Positions 35,317-42,910 of a DNA stretch of 43,542 nt are shown here, piece by piece (positions within the stretch are counted from its first letter, which is position 1; every line of letters starts with the position of its first letter). Below the pieces are notes generated by a model. It did no database searches. It had not been told where the DNA came from and saw only the letters and a program-made list of their open reading frames with translations. The stretch is from contig OMJP01000011.1 of the NCBI GenBank assembly GCA_900299405.1, forward strand, positions 1-43,542, written 5' to 3'. The DNA comes from a bacterium. GTDB taxonomy: Bacteria; Patescibacteriota; Microgenomatia; UBA1400; PJMF01. Position numbers and translations under genes: made by a program.

Positions 35317-36132
35317 TTAGCGGTAATAACTTCTCCAAGCTTCACCCAGAGTCCCTTCGAAAACTTCTCTCACCAACCTAATTCCTTCAGGCTTGGGTTT
35401 CAGGGTTTGCTGATCATGAGTCAGGCGAGTGTTGTACTCGATTTGGAATGATTGGAGTTCGTGATCGGTGGGCATGATACCTGGATGGCGACGGGTGTTG
35501 TAGTGTTCGGCGATGTAGCCGCCTTGGAAAACGAGGTTGAGTTTGATTTCCAGTGGGAGGTGGTGCTTTTCCAGCTCCAGTTCTAGTTTCTGGACTAGTA
35601 GTTCCAGCAGCAAGGGATCACGGGAGGTGATTTCTGATTCGCTGCCGGCGTTGTTTTCTTCTCCCATGTTGGAAAGAATGATGTCGGGCATCTGGATGTC
35701 CTCGTTTTGCTCTGTCGGTCCAATGAGTTTGTCAGCGGTATTGTCCCAAGCGACTACCCAGCCTGGTCCTTTCAGCCTCTCGACGGCAGCTTGGATCTGA
35801 TTGTGATAGGGGTTGTAAAGGGTTCTTCTGGAGGCTGTTTGCTCTTTTTCAGTAGGTTCTTGGCCTGGTTTCCAGATGGGATTGTTCTCAAAGTCTTTTG
35901 TCCGGAATAGCTCATCGCTGTCTGGTGCGCGGTTGAGGTCAATGATTCCCCGAGAGGCTTTGGATTTTAGGTGCGAAACACCATTTCTCGGCATGGTTTC
36001 GGCGCTGCCATAGTCAGAAAACCTGACCTGCTGCTCCTGACTGAGCGCCGTACGCTCCGAAAAACCGCCGATAAAGAGGGAAGAATCATGATGGGCGGAG
36101 TAAATAATCTGCGGCTGCTCCGTGTTTGGCAT
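35317..36132 (-). CDS. N-formylglutamate amidohydrolase (FGase, PF05013-like) family protein
   Basis: SRGIIDLNRAP, NPYHNQI, NLVFQGGYIAEHY and SFQIEYN blocks resemble the FGase pattern. Call made from memory of the family consensus. Confidence 0.55.
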   Translation of the reverse strand: MPNTEQPQIIYSAHHDSSLFIGGFSERTALSQEQQVRFSDYGSAETMPRNGVSHLKSKASRGIIDLNRAPDSDELFRTKDFENNPIWKPGQEPTEKEQTASRRTLYNPYHNQIQAAVERLKGPGWVVAWDNTADKLIGPTEQNEDIQMPDIILSNMGEENNAGSESEITSRDPLLLELLVQKLELELEKHHLPLEIKLNLVFQGGYIAEHYNTRRHPGIMPTDHELQSFQIEYNTRLTHDQQTLKPKPEGIRLVREVFEGTLGEAWRSYYR

Positions 36133-36157
36133 GTGGGAGTATTATAAGGTTATTGTT

Positions 36158-36772
36158 CTATTTTTTGTCTACGCCTGTTGTTAGACTATCAACCGCATCA
36201 TAAAAGTTCTGCCAAACGTCATCAACTGTTTGTTCAGCATTTACTTCTATCAATTTACCTAATTCTCCTAGTAGAGCTATTGTGGGAATTGTTTTGTTCT
36301 GGTATTCATCAAAGCGCCAGGAAGCAAACCCCTCTTCTACCTGCTTTTCTCCATCACGAGCTCCCCTATTTAGCAGCCTTTCAAGAGAGATTTGTTTGGA
36401 AATGTTTAAAAAAATTGTTCCTAGGTGCAAATGTTCACCAAGCTTTATGGAGTCAAAAAATAATCCCAACTGTTCAATAAACCTAGGATAACCGTCGACC
36501 AAAACCACTGATGAGGTAGGGCATTGATCAATAAATTCAAAAATCACCCCGTTCACCACCTCATGTTCAAGTGGTTTAGACTCCGCCAGAATTGCTGCTT
36601 GGCGATCAATTTCTGTCTTGAATTGCGAATCTACTTCTCCTAGTAGGATAGATCTTAGGCGATTCCCAATCGAGACGTGGAAAACTTTTTCTGGCTCCAA
36701 TTGTGCTAGTTTTTCTCCGTGAGTGGTTTTTCCAGAGCCCGGCGCTCCGTGAACCACAATTGTTTCTGGCAT
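36158..36772 (-). CDS. adenylate-kinase-fold nucleoside monophosphate kinase
   Basis: P-loop VHGAPGSGKTTHG, NMP-binding HVSIGNRLR, VLVDGYPR, and a short lid RGARDGE. 204 aa, no zinc lid. Confidence 0.7.
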   Translation of the reverse strand: MPETIVVHGAPGSGKTTHGEKLAQLEPEKVFHVSIGNRLRSILLGEVDSQFKTEIDRQAAILAESKPLEHEVVNGVIFEFIDQCPTSSVVLVDGYPRFIEQLGLFFDSIKLGEHLHLGTIFLNISKQISLERLLNRGARDGEKQVEEGFASWRFDEYQNKTIPTIALLGELGKLIEVNAEQTVDDVWQNFYDAVDSLTTGVDKK

Positions 36773-36810
36773 TTTAATTCCTATTTATTTTTGATAAATC
36801 AAGCTATTTA

Positions 36811-36838
36811 TTGATTTCCTCAAGACGAGCGATATAAT
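36811..36838 (+). promoter_or_regulatory. sigma70-like promoter for the RNR gene
   Basis: TTGATT-N16-TATAAT, about 27 nt upstream of ATG 36866. Confidence 0.5.
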
Positions 36839-36865
36839 ACACCCTTATTAGCGAAAATTCAAAAA

Positions 36866-38632
36866 ATGTTGAACAGGGAAAAAATACAATACGATCCCGA
36901 TGCCAAAATTAGGCATATTTTGGAGATTCACGGCACCAACCATCGTATTATGATGGAAAACGAGAGCCCTCAAGAAATGCTTGATCGGGTGGTTGAAACT
37001 ATCATGGGGGTGGAAGAGCTATTTGGCACTTCTCCAGAGGAAATCAAACAACTAAAGCAAACTTTTCGACAGCATTTTATAAATCGAGACTTTATTCCCG
37101 GTATTCCTACTCTGACCAATGCTGGCAGACCTGGTTACGAATTTTCTGCGCTGTCTTCTTGTGTGGTGATTCCCGTTGATTTACGAAGAGAAGAAGAGGC
37201 TACTCAAAAAATTCTTTCTTACTATCAACAAAACATGGGCTCAGGATACAATTTTACGAAATATGAAGATCCCGTGGGAATGCTTCGCTGGCTAAATGAT
37301 TTGTCTGACAGAGAGACAAAAACAGGAAATTATGATCGTCGTATAGCGAACATGGGCACCCTACATGTATCTCATCCAAAAATTAGAGAATTTGTCCAGG
37401 CTAAGGTTGAAGATTCAACTCTGACCTATTTCAATATCTCGGTGGAAATTACTGACGAGTTTATGAATGCTGCAGCTAATGATGAGATGTACGCTTTAGC
37501 TGATGGCACAGAAGTGAGTGCCAAAGCATTATTGGCGGAAATTTCCAAAGCAGCGTGGATGTGCGGCGATCCTGGACTAGTAAATTTGGATAGAATGAAC
37601 GAACACAACCCCTTGTCAAATATTGCTGCTTATGACTGCACTCCTCCCTGTGGAGAAATGGGCTTGGCTCCAGGAGAAACTTGTCAGTTTGGTTACATCA
37701 ATTTGGCTAATTTTGTAGATAAAAATGGAATTAAAAGTGAAAAGTTAACAGAGCTGGTGAGGTTTGTTGTTAGGGTTCTGGATAATGCAGTTGAGTATGG
37801 TATTGAAAACCAACCCAGCCCAGAGGGTCAGCAAATGGCCAGATTGAAGAGGAAAATTGGCATTAGTGTTGCTGGTTTGGCAGATGCCTTGATTAAAGCT
37901 GGCGTACCTTATGATAGTCCCGAAGGTAGAGAATTGGCTAGAGATTTATTGTCGTTGATCAACTATCAAGCAAAGCTTGCTTCAGTTGAGTTGGCTGAAG
38001 AGCGGGGAGCTTGCGAGGCCATGAAATATAGCTTGAATAATAAATATTATGAAGGCTATATTGCCAGCAGGTATGCAAATCAGGCCACCAGCACGGTTTC
38101 GAAACAGCAATGGCTGGAGTTGGATGAAAAAATCAAAAGAACAGGCATGCTGAGAAACATTCACCACACCGCTCTTCCTCCAGGAGGTAGGGCCTCGATG
38201 GTGCTGGGAGCCAATCATTCCATTGAACCTATTTTTAGTCCTGCTGGGTTGAATGCTGATACGGTAGGGTTGGTGTTGGGCTTAGTTTCTGACTCTTTAA
38301 TTGAAGGCGAAGCAGAGCAAAATCTACAGGAAATGTTTAACTCTGCAGTAGAGGCTGGCAGCTTTCGTGATTTGCCGATTAGCGATGAGGCTAAGGAGCT
38401 TTTAAAAACTGCTATTGAAATTGACCCCGAGAGTCATGTATTAATGACTGCGGCACTGGCTGGTAACAATGGGGTGTCTGATGAGTCTGCCTCGAAAACA
38501 GTGAATCTCCCCAGCAGCGCCACGCCCGAAGACATTATGAGAACCTATATTTTTGCCCACCAAGTGGGAATGAAAAACGTCTCTGTTTATCGGGACAACA
38601 CTTTAGATAATCAGCCTAGAAAATTGTCATAA
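36866..38632 (+). CDS. nrdJ: adenosylcobalamin-dependent (class II) ribonucleotide reductase-like protein
   Basis: PTLTNAGRP...LSSCVV, RRIANMGTLHVSHPKIREFV, PPCGEMGLAPGETCQFGYINL, SKTVNLP and VSVYRDN blocks; 588 aa. Confidence 0.8.
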   Translation: MLNREKIQYDPDAKIRHILEIHGTNHRIMMENESPQEMLDRVVETIMGVEELFGTSPEEIKQLKQTFRQHFINRDFIPGIPTLTNAGRPGYEFSALSSCVVIPVDLRREEEATQKILSYYQQNMGSGYNFTKYEDPVGMLRWLNDLSDRETKTGNYDRRIANMGTLHVSHPKIREFVQAKVEDSTLTYFNISVEITDEFMNAAANDEMYALADGTEVSAKALLAEISKAAWMCGDPGLVNLDRMNEHNPLSNIAAYDCTPPCGEMGLAPGETCQFGYINLANFVDKNGIKSEKLTELVRFVVRVLDNAVEYGIENQPSPEGQQMARLKRKIGISVAGLADALIKAGVPYDSPEGRELARDLLSLINYQAKLASVELAEERGACEAMKYSLNNKYYEGYIASRYANQATSTVSKQQWLELDEKIKRTGMLRNIHHTALPPGGRASMVLGANHSIEPIFSPAGLNADTVGLVLGLVSDSLIEGEAEQNLQEMFNSAVEAGSFRDLPISDEAKELLKTAIEIDPESHVLMTAALAGNNGVSDESASKTVNLPSSATPEDIMRTYIFAHQVGMKNVSVYRDNTLDNQPRKLS

Positions 38633-38725
38633 AAATATTAAATAAACAGAAAGATCAAAATGGGAATGAGAAGAAGAAGCGAGCAAGATTTTAGAGATGG
38701 AATAAATTCTCAAGGAGATACTTTA

Positions 38726-39178
38726 ATGTCTAGTGCTACCAAGGTTCGTCTTGAAGAAGATTTGGAAAAAAAACTAAAAACTTTGCAAGAAAAAACAGCA
38801 GCTTTGGGAGCTACCCAGGATAGCGCTCAAGATTGGCATGACAATGCAGCCTATGATCTTTTGCAACAAGAACTGACAGTGCTAGAGACTGATATTGCCA
38901 AGATAAGAGCGGCGCTAAACAATGCCGTGATCGTTGAGCCCAGACAAGAAACAGAAGATGTTCAGGTGGGCAATACAGTTGAAGTGTTTTATGAGGGAGA
39001 CGAAGACGTTACGAGGTTGACAATCTTGGGTTCCAGAGACAATGGCACTCGTCGCGATTGGATTTCTCCAGAGTCGCCTTTGGGCTCACTTTTGCTTGGC
39101 AAAAAAGTTGGTGACGTGGTGGTTTTGCAAAATGGCATGTCTGTTGAGGTGAAAACAATTTTCCCTGGAGAGTTTTAG
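38726..39178 (+). CDS. greA: GreA/GreB-family transcript cleavage factor-like protein
   Basis: Coiled-coil N-domain with tip DWHDNAAYD, and C-domain VGNTVEV...ISPESPLGSLLLGKKVGDVV. ATG 38726 is preceded by AAGGAGA. Confidence 0.8.
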   Translation: MSSATKVRLEEDLEKKLKTLQEKTAALGATQDSAQDWHDNAAYDLLQQELTVLETDIAKIRAALNNAVIVEPRQETEDVQVGNTVEVFYEGDEDVTRLTILGSRDNGTRRDWISPESPLGSLLLGKKVGDVVVLQNGMSVEVKTIFPGEF

Positions 39179-39184
39179 TTTAGC

Positions 39185-40012
39185 TTAGTTTTTGGCTAAA
39201 TGCTCCACACCAAAGTCAGTTATTGACTTAGATGCAATATCAACGGCGATTTTCAAGGCTTGTTCTATTTCGTAGTTTGCTGACAATAGGGTCAAGAATG
39301 CCCCCGGCAAAGTGTCTCCAGCTCCGGTGGTTTCGATTGCTGAAACCTTTTTGGCTTTGACTGATATTTCTTTGCCATCAGCGAGATAGGAAGCTCCACT
39401 TCCGCCGTGTTTTAGAACCCAGGGAACATCGGTGCGAAGAGTGCCTTTTCTTTCCAAAATATTTGCTTCTTCATCGTTGAGAAAGATCATGCCCACCCGA
39501 TTAAGCGCTTCAATAGTTTCCAGGGGAAATTCTTTGGCAAACGATTCAAAAGCATCAGCGCTGATAGTAGCGCTAGTGGTGTGACTGAGAAAGTCGATCC
39601 AAATGAGGTAATTTTGCGGTAGGGAAGTAGCGAGATGGACATACTTCGCATCTTGATATTGATCAGGGAAGATGTTGGTTTGGACTTTTTCAGCTACTCC
39701 TCTTTCCGCTTTAAAATCTCTAGTGTTATCTGCATATTGGGTGAGTATAAAATGGCAAGTTTTACCGTCAGGCAAAACTTCTACTCCTTGGATATCAATG
39801 TTTTTACTGGCAATTTTTTGCAGATCAAAGTCAGAGCCGATGGGAGCTACTATCCCGCTGGTGTGTAGCAAACTTTCTCTGTTTTGTGCGGCAATCGCTC
39901 CGACTGCGGAATAATAGGCAGCTCCTCCGAGCGATGTTTTGGTTTTTTCAGGAGTAATGTCGGTGTTGAAGGCTACATCACCAACAAAAACGGTTTTGAT
40001 TTTTTCTCTCAT
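39185..40012 (-). CDS. PfkB/ribokinase-family carbohydrate kinase
   Basis: C-terminal ETTGAGDTLPGAF anion-hole motif and an N-terminal GGAAYY-type block; 275 aa. Confidence 0.8.
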   Translation of the reverse strand: MREKIKTVFVGDVAFNTDITPEKTKTSLGGAAYYSAVGAIAAQNRESLLHTSGIVAPIGSDFDLQKIASKNIDIQGVEVLPDGKTCHFILTQYADNTRDFKAERGVAEKVQTNIFPDQYQDAKYVHLATSLPQNYLIWIDFLSHTTSATISADAFESFAKEFPLETIEALNRVGMIFLNDEEANILERKGTLRTDVPWVLKHGGSGASYLADGKEISVKAKKVSAIETTGAGDTLPGAFLTLLSANYEIEQALKIAVDIASKSITDFGVEHLAKN

Positions 40013-40082
40013 AATTTTTCTTTTAAAAGAGAGATTATAATATATTTTGATATATTTTTACCAGTTTGATTGATTGTGAGAA

Positions 40083-40352
40083 CTAAACTTTTTGAGGATA
40101 TTTTTTTCTAGCTTTAGCTCTTAAATCTTTAGAAGTGTCGGGATAGAGGATTTCTTTTCTTCCTGTCAGGCGAAGTTCCACCGGAGTAGCTTTTCCAGCG
40201 CGAGCGTTATTGATTGCTCTGGTCATTTGATATCTTTTCCAAAAGCCGATTTCCTGATCAGTGGCATCAGTCACCAAATCTTGCGGCAGATCATCAGGCT
40301 CCGTGCTTCGCTGAAAATCCACAAATTTTTGATAAGCGGTTTTTTCTTTCAT
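40083..40352 (-). CDS. hypothetical small basic protein
   Basis: 89-aa ORF, divergent from the HExxH gene across 35 bp. No family recognised. Confidence 0.5.
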   Translation of the reverse strand: MKEKTAYQKFVDFQRSTEPDDLPQDLVTDATDQEIGFWKRYQMTRAINNARAGKATPVELRLTGRKEILYPDTSKDLRAKARKKYPQKV

Positions 40353-40387
40353 ATGTCTAATCGTATTCTAAATGATATAGTCAAATT

Positions 40388-41062
40388 ATGGCAGAAATCT
40401 CTACTGAAGAATTAGTCAGGGAGCAACAAAAGCCGATTATTGAGGCTTTTGAAGATGGCTCTCGTCGGCTGGGGGTAGAAGAAACTGCTGTGTTCAAGGG
40501 TTTTTATTATCAAGATTCCAACGCTCGCGCCAAAACGGGAGCAAAAGAAATTTCTTACAACATCAAATACCTTGGAGTTTCCAAAGAAGAGAAGCAACGG
40601 GTTATGAATCACGAGTTGCAGCACGTGCAGACGAGTCAGGTTTTGCTGCTTGGAGAACGACCGTATGAAGCTTGGGCTTTTGTTTTTCATCCGTCATTTG
40701 GGGATCTTCACGCCAGGATGAAGGCTCATTTCGAGAAACACAAAGCAAAAGAGTATCCTTTTAGGAAAAATTTTTGGGATATTCCGGAAGACTATGATGA
40801 AGAAATGGTCAGAGGCGGGTTGTCATATGATCATTTTGACGAAGTGCTGGCACTTCTTAGGGGCTATGAGCTATTTTTGCTGCAGTCAAAATCAGAAATT
40901 GTTCCGAAGGTAGAACCCTATGAATTCATTGAGGCATTTGTGCCTGAAGATCTCAAGTTTTTGGATCCCAATGAACGAGCAAAAATGGCAAATGAGGTAA
41001 TAGCCTCAAGACCCGGATTGATTCCAGAAAGCTTGTTGAAGCCTAAGGAAAGCAATGACTAA
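40388..41062 (+). CDS. hypothetical protein with an HExxH zinc-metallopeptidase-like motif
   Basis: 224-aa ORF containing NHELQHV followed by GERPYE. TATAGT lies 6 nt upstream of the ATG. Confidence 0.55.
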   Translation: MAEISTEELVREQQKPIIEAFEDGSRRLGVEETAVFKGFYYQDSNARAKTGAKEISYNIKYLGVSKEEKQRVMNHELQHVQTSQVLLLGERPYEAWAFVFHPSFGDLHARMKAHFEKHKAKEYPFRKNFWDIPEDYDEEMVRGGLSYDHFDEVLALLRGYELFLLQSKSEIVPKVEPYEFIEAFVPEDLKFLDPNERAKMANEVIASRPGLIPESLLKPKESND

Positions 41063-41080
41063 AATCTCAGGATTTAGTTT

Positions 41081-41110
41081 TTGTGACCCTAGCACTTCCG
41101 CAACCGAACC
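41081..41110 (-). repeat. degenerate tRNA-Glu 3'-half-like fragment (possible att remnant)
   Basis: TTGTGACCC (41081-41089) is identical to 41916-41924, which spans the tRNA 3' end. AACCGAACC matches the T-arm AATCGAACC after a 5-nt indel. No 5' acceptor partner is present, so it is not a tRNA. Confidence 0.35.
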
Positions 41111-41206
41111 AGATTATAGCTAGTCTAGTAGACTTATTTAATACTTTCTTCCCAGATATGAAGCAGCTTGGGTTTGTTACTCAGTAAAAGGAGTTGAACC
41201 GTTCCT

Positions 41207-41235
41207 TTGATATTCTTTGATGTATTTAGTAGAAT
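41207..41235 (+). promoter_or_regulatory. sigma70-like promoter for the 41272 ORF
   Basis: TTGATA-N17-TAGAAT. The 7-bp inverted repeat ATGTATT-N6-AATACAT overlaps the -10, and the near-palindrome AAGAAATATATTCTT sits in the leader. Confidence 0.5.
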
Positions 41236-41271
41236 ACATGTTCAGAAGAAATATATTCTTGAAAGGAAAAT

Positions 41272-41889
41272 ATGTCTTTTGAAGGAAGAATCGCTGCCCA
41301 AAGAGCTGCTATTGAGGGAGAACAAGTTGCCAGAGAACAAGATGCTGCTAAAAAAGATGAGCAGAATAAGCTTGCTACTGAAGAAGCAAAAAAACACCCT
41401 ATTTTCCAAGAAATGAGAGATATTGCTAACTCACCTGAGTTAGAGGAGGCTTTGCAAGCCCTTGTGGGTACATTAAAATCTGACGAAGATTTTGATCTTA
41501 AAATTTCTGATAATGAAACACCAAATGACAATAGTCCTTATGGGAGTATTAGATTGTGGGTTGTAACTCGTGCTTGGATTAAGACAATATCAGACAATGA
41601 GGGCAACCCCATTGATAAGCAGCCTCAATCAGAGGGCATTTCAGTTGAAATTGGTTACTATAGAGAGGGTGCTATGGTTAAGGCTAGAAAAGAGTCCAGT
41701 ACTTCAGGTAATAGAGGTTTTTTAACAACAGTTAATATCCCTGCTCGCAAACTAAACCCTGGTCTCTACATTCATTTGAAGTTCGGTAAAAGTAGGTCTG
41801 GACTTAGGAGTGTTGATGAAAAATTTAAGGATTTAAATTCCTGTTTGGACTATATTGCTAGATTCATTGTTGAAGGAGAGCAAAAATAA
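41272..41889 (+). CDS. hypothetical protein (charged helical N-terminus, beta-rich C-terminus)
   Basis: 205-aa ORF with SD GAAAGGAAAA upstream. No family recognised. Confidence 0.55.
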   Translation: MSFEGRIAAQRAAIEGEQVAREQDAAKKDEQNKLATEEAKKHPIFQEMRDIANSPELEEALQALVGTLKSDEDFDLKISDNETPNDNSPYGSIRLWVVTRAWIKTISDNEGNPIDKQPQSEGISVEIGYYREGAMVKARKESSTSGNRGFLTTVNIPARKLNPGLYIHLKFGKSRSGLRSVDEKFKDLNSCLDYIARFIVEGEQK

Positions 41890-41918
41890 ACTTTTACATT
41901 GATATATCAAATAACTTG

Positions 41919-41990
41919 TGACCCCACGGGGAATCGAACCCCGGTTGCCGGGATGAGAACCCGGTGTCCTAACCGCTAGACGATGGGGCC
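41919..41990 (-). tRNA. tRNA-Glu (anticodon CUC)
   Basis: Folded by hand as a 72-nt cloverleaf: acceptor GGCCCCA/TGGGGTC, D stem GTCT/GGAC, anticodon stem CCGGG/CCCGG with loop TTCTCAT, T arm CGGGG-TTCGATT-CCCCG, discriminator A. CCA is not encoded. Confidence 0.92.
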
Positions 41991-42003
41991 TAGCTGAGGC
42001 GGT

Positions 42004-42032
42004 ATTATACGATTTTTCCCCGGAGTGCTCAA
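42004..42032 (-). promoter_or_regulatory. sigma70-like promoter for tRNA-Glu
   Basis: Minus strand reads TTGAGC-N17-TATAAT, 13 nt upstream of the tRNA 5' end. Confidence 0.5.
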
Positions 42033-42073
42033 TTGTTACGCTAAAAGTCAGTTTCAGTTTTTATGCTGAGGCT

Positions 42074-42910
42074 ATGTGGTTGATGTTCCTGAGCATGTTT
42101 TTTACCCCTGGAGTGGAGTTGTATGGCAGCGAGCTCGATGGCGCTTGGGTCTTTGGGGAAGTAGTGGGCGAGGAAAGAGAGCTGAGCGGCGGTCAAGAGT
42201 TTTTGGTTAATGGCGAGGTGGTTGAGCTGAATAGCGCTGACTCACCTGACTATCTGGTGAGCAATCGCTACGAGTGGGAGTTTGTGGGAGATGGGCGGGA
42301 GTTGTGGCTGAGCTTTAGCTATCAGCTGTGGAGTGAAGAGAGCGAGCTAGGTTTTGATGAGCCCGTGCTGGTGGTTTTTCTTGATGACTTATTGATTTTT
42401 AAGATTGGATTAGAACGGTGCTGCGAGTTGGAGGGGGAGGAAATTTACTTGGGCGAGCTGAGTGGGAAGCATCGTTTGAGCTTTTTTGCCGGCGAAATGG
42501 GAGATTTGGAGAAACCATCGGGAGTGGTGATTGAGGAGCTGAAGTTGTTATCTAAGGAGAGTGGTTTGTTGAGGGAGATTAGCGATGAGCCAGAAACCGT
42601 GATTGTGGGGGCGGATTTGGAAAAAATCACAGTAGTGCTGGATGACAGCCCCGAGACAGTTATTACTGGCACCGGCATCGGGGAAGTGCTGGGAGCGAGA
42701 GATGAGGGTGGTGATGAAGGGGTTGATTGGCGGGTGAAGCTGTGGGAACTGATGAATAAACCTCATGTTTTGCTGAGTGTGTGGGTAGTGATTTCCATTT
42801 TAGTGAGAGCAATTTTCATAGGGAAAACAGTAAAAGTTACAGATAATGTCAGCTTTGAACTAAAGAATTTAATTAGTAGTAAAAATATTTTTCAGAAAGG
42901 AACAACATGA
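42074..42910 (+). CDS. hypothetical acidic protein with a C-terminal TM anchor and an internal PETVI(V/T)G repeat
   Basis: 278-aa ORF with hydrophobic helix HVLLSVWVVISILVRAIFIG near the C-terminus. ATGA overlap with the downstream TasA-like gene. Confidence 0.55.
   Translation: MWLMFLSMFFTPGVELYGSELDGAWVFGEVVGEERELSGGQEFLVNGEVVELNSADSPDYLVSNRYEWEFVGDGRELWLSFSYQLWSEESELGFDEPVLVVFLDDLLIFKIGLERCCELEGEEIYLGELSGKHRLSFFAGEMGDLEKPSGVVIEELKLLSKESGLLREISDEPETVIVGADLEKITVVLDDSPETVITGTGIGEVLGARDEGGDEGVDWRVKLWELMNKPHVLLSVWVVISILVRAIFIGKTVKVTDNVSFELKNLISSKNIFQKGTT

Noticed and set aside
41207-41416. 69-aa plus-strand ORF
   Set aside because: It starts inside the predicted promoter and runs out of frame across the better-supported 205-aa ORF, which has an SD. 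It is Lys/Leu-rich AT-driven sequence.
36140-41918. Clear low-G+C genomic island
   Set aside because: Hand counts are inconsistent. Some lines are 35-38% G+C but others inside the block are 47-53%, overlapping the housekeeping range. I kept it only as a weak finding based on gene content and tRNA adjacency.
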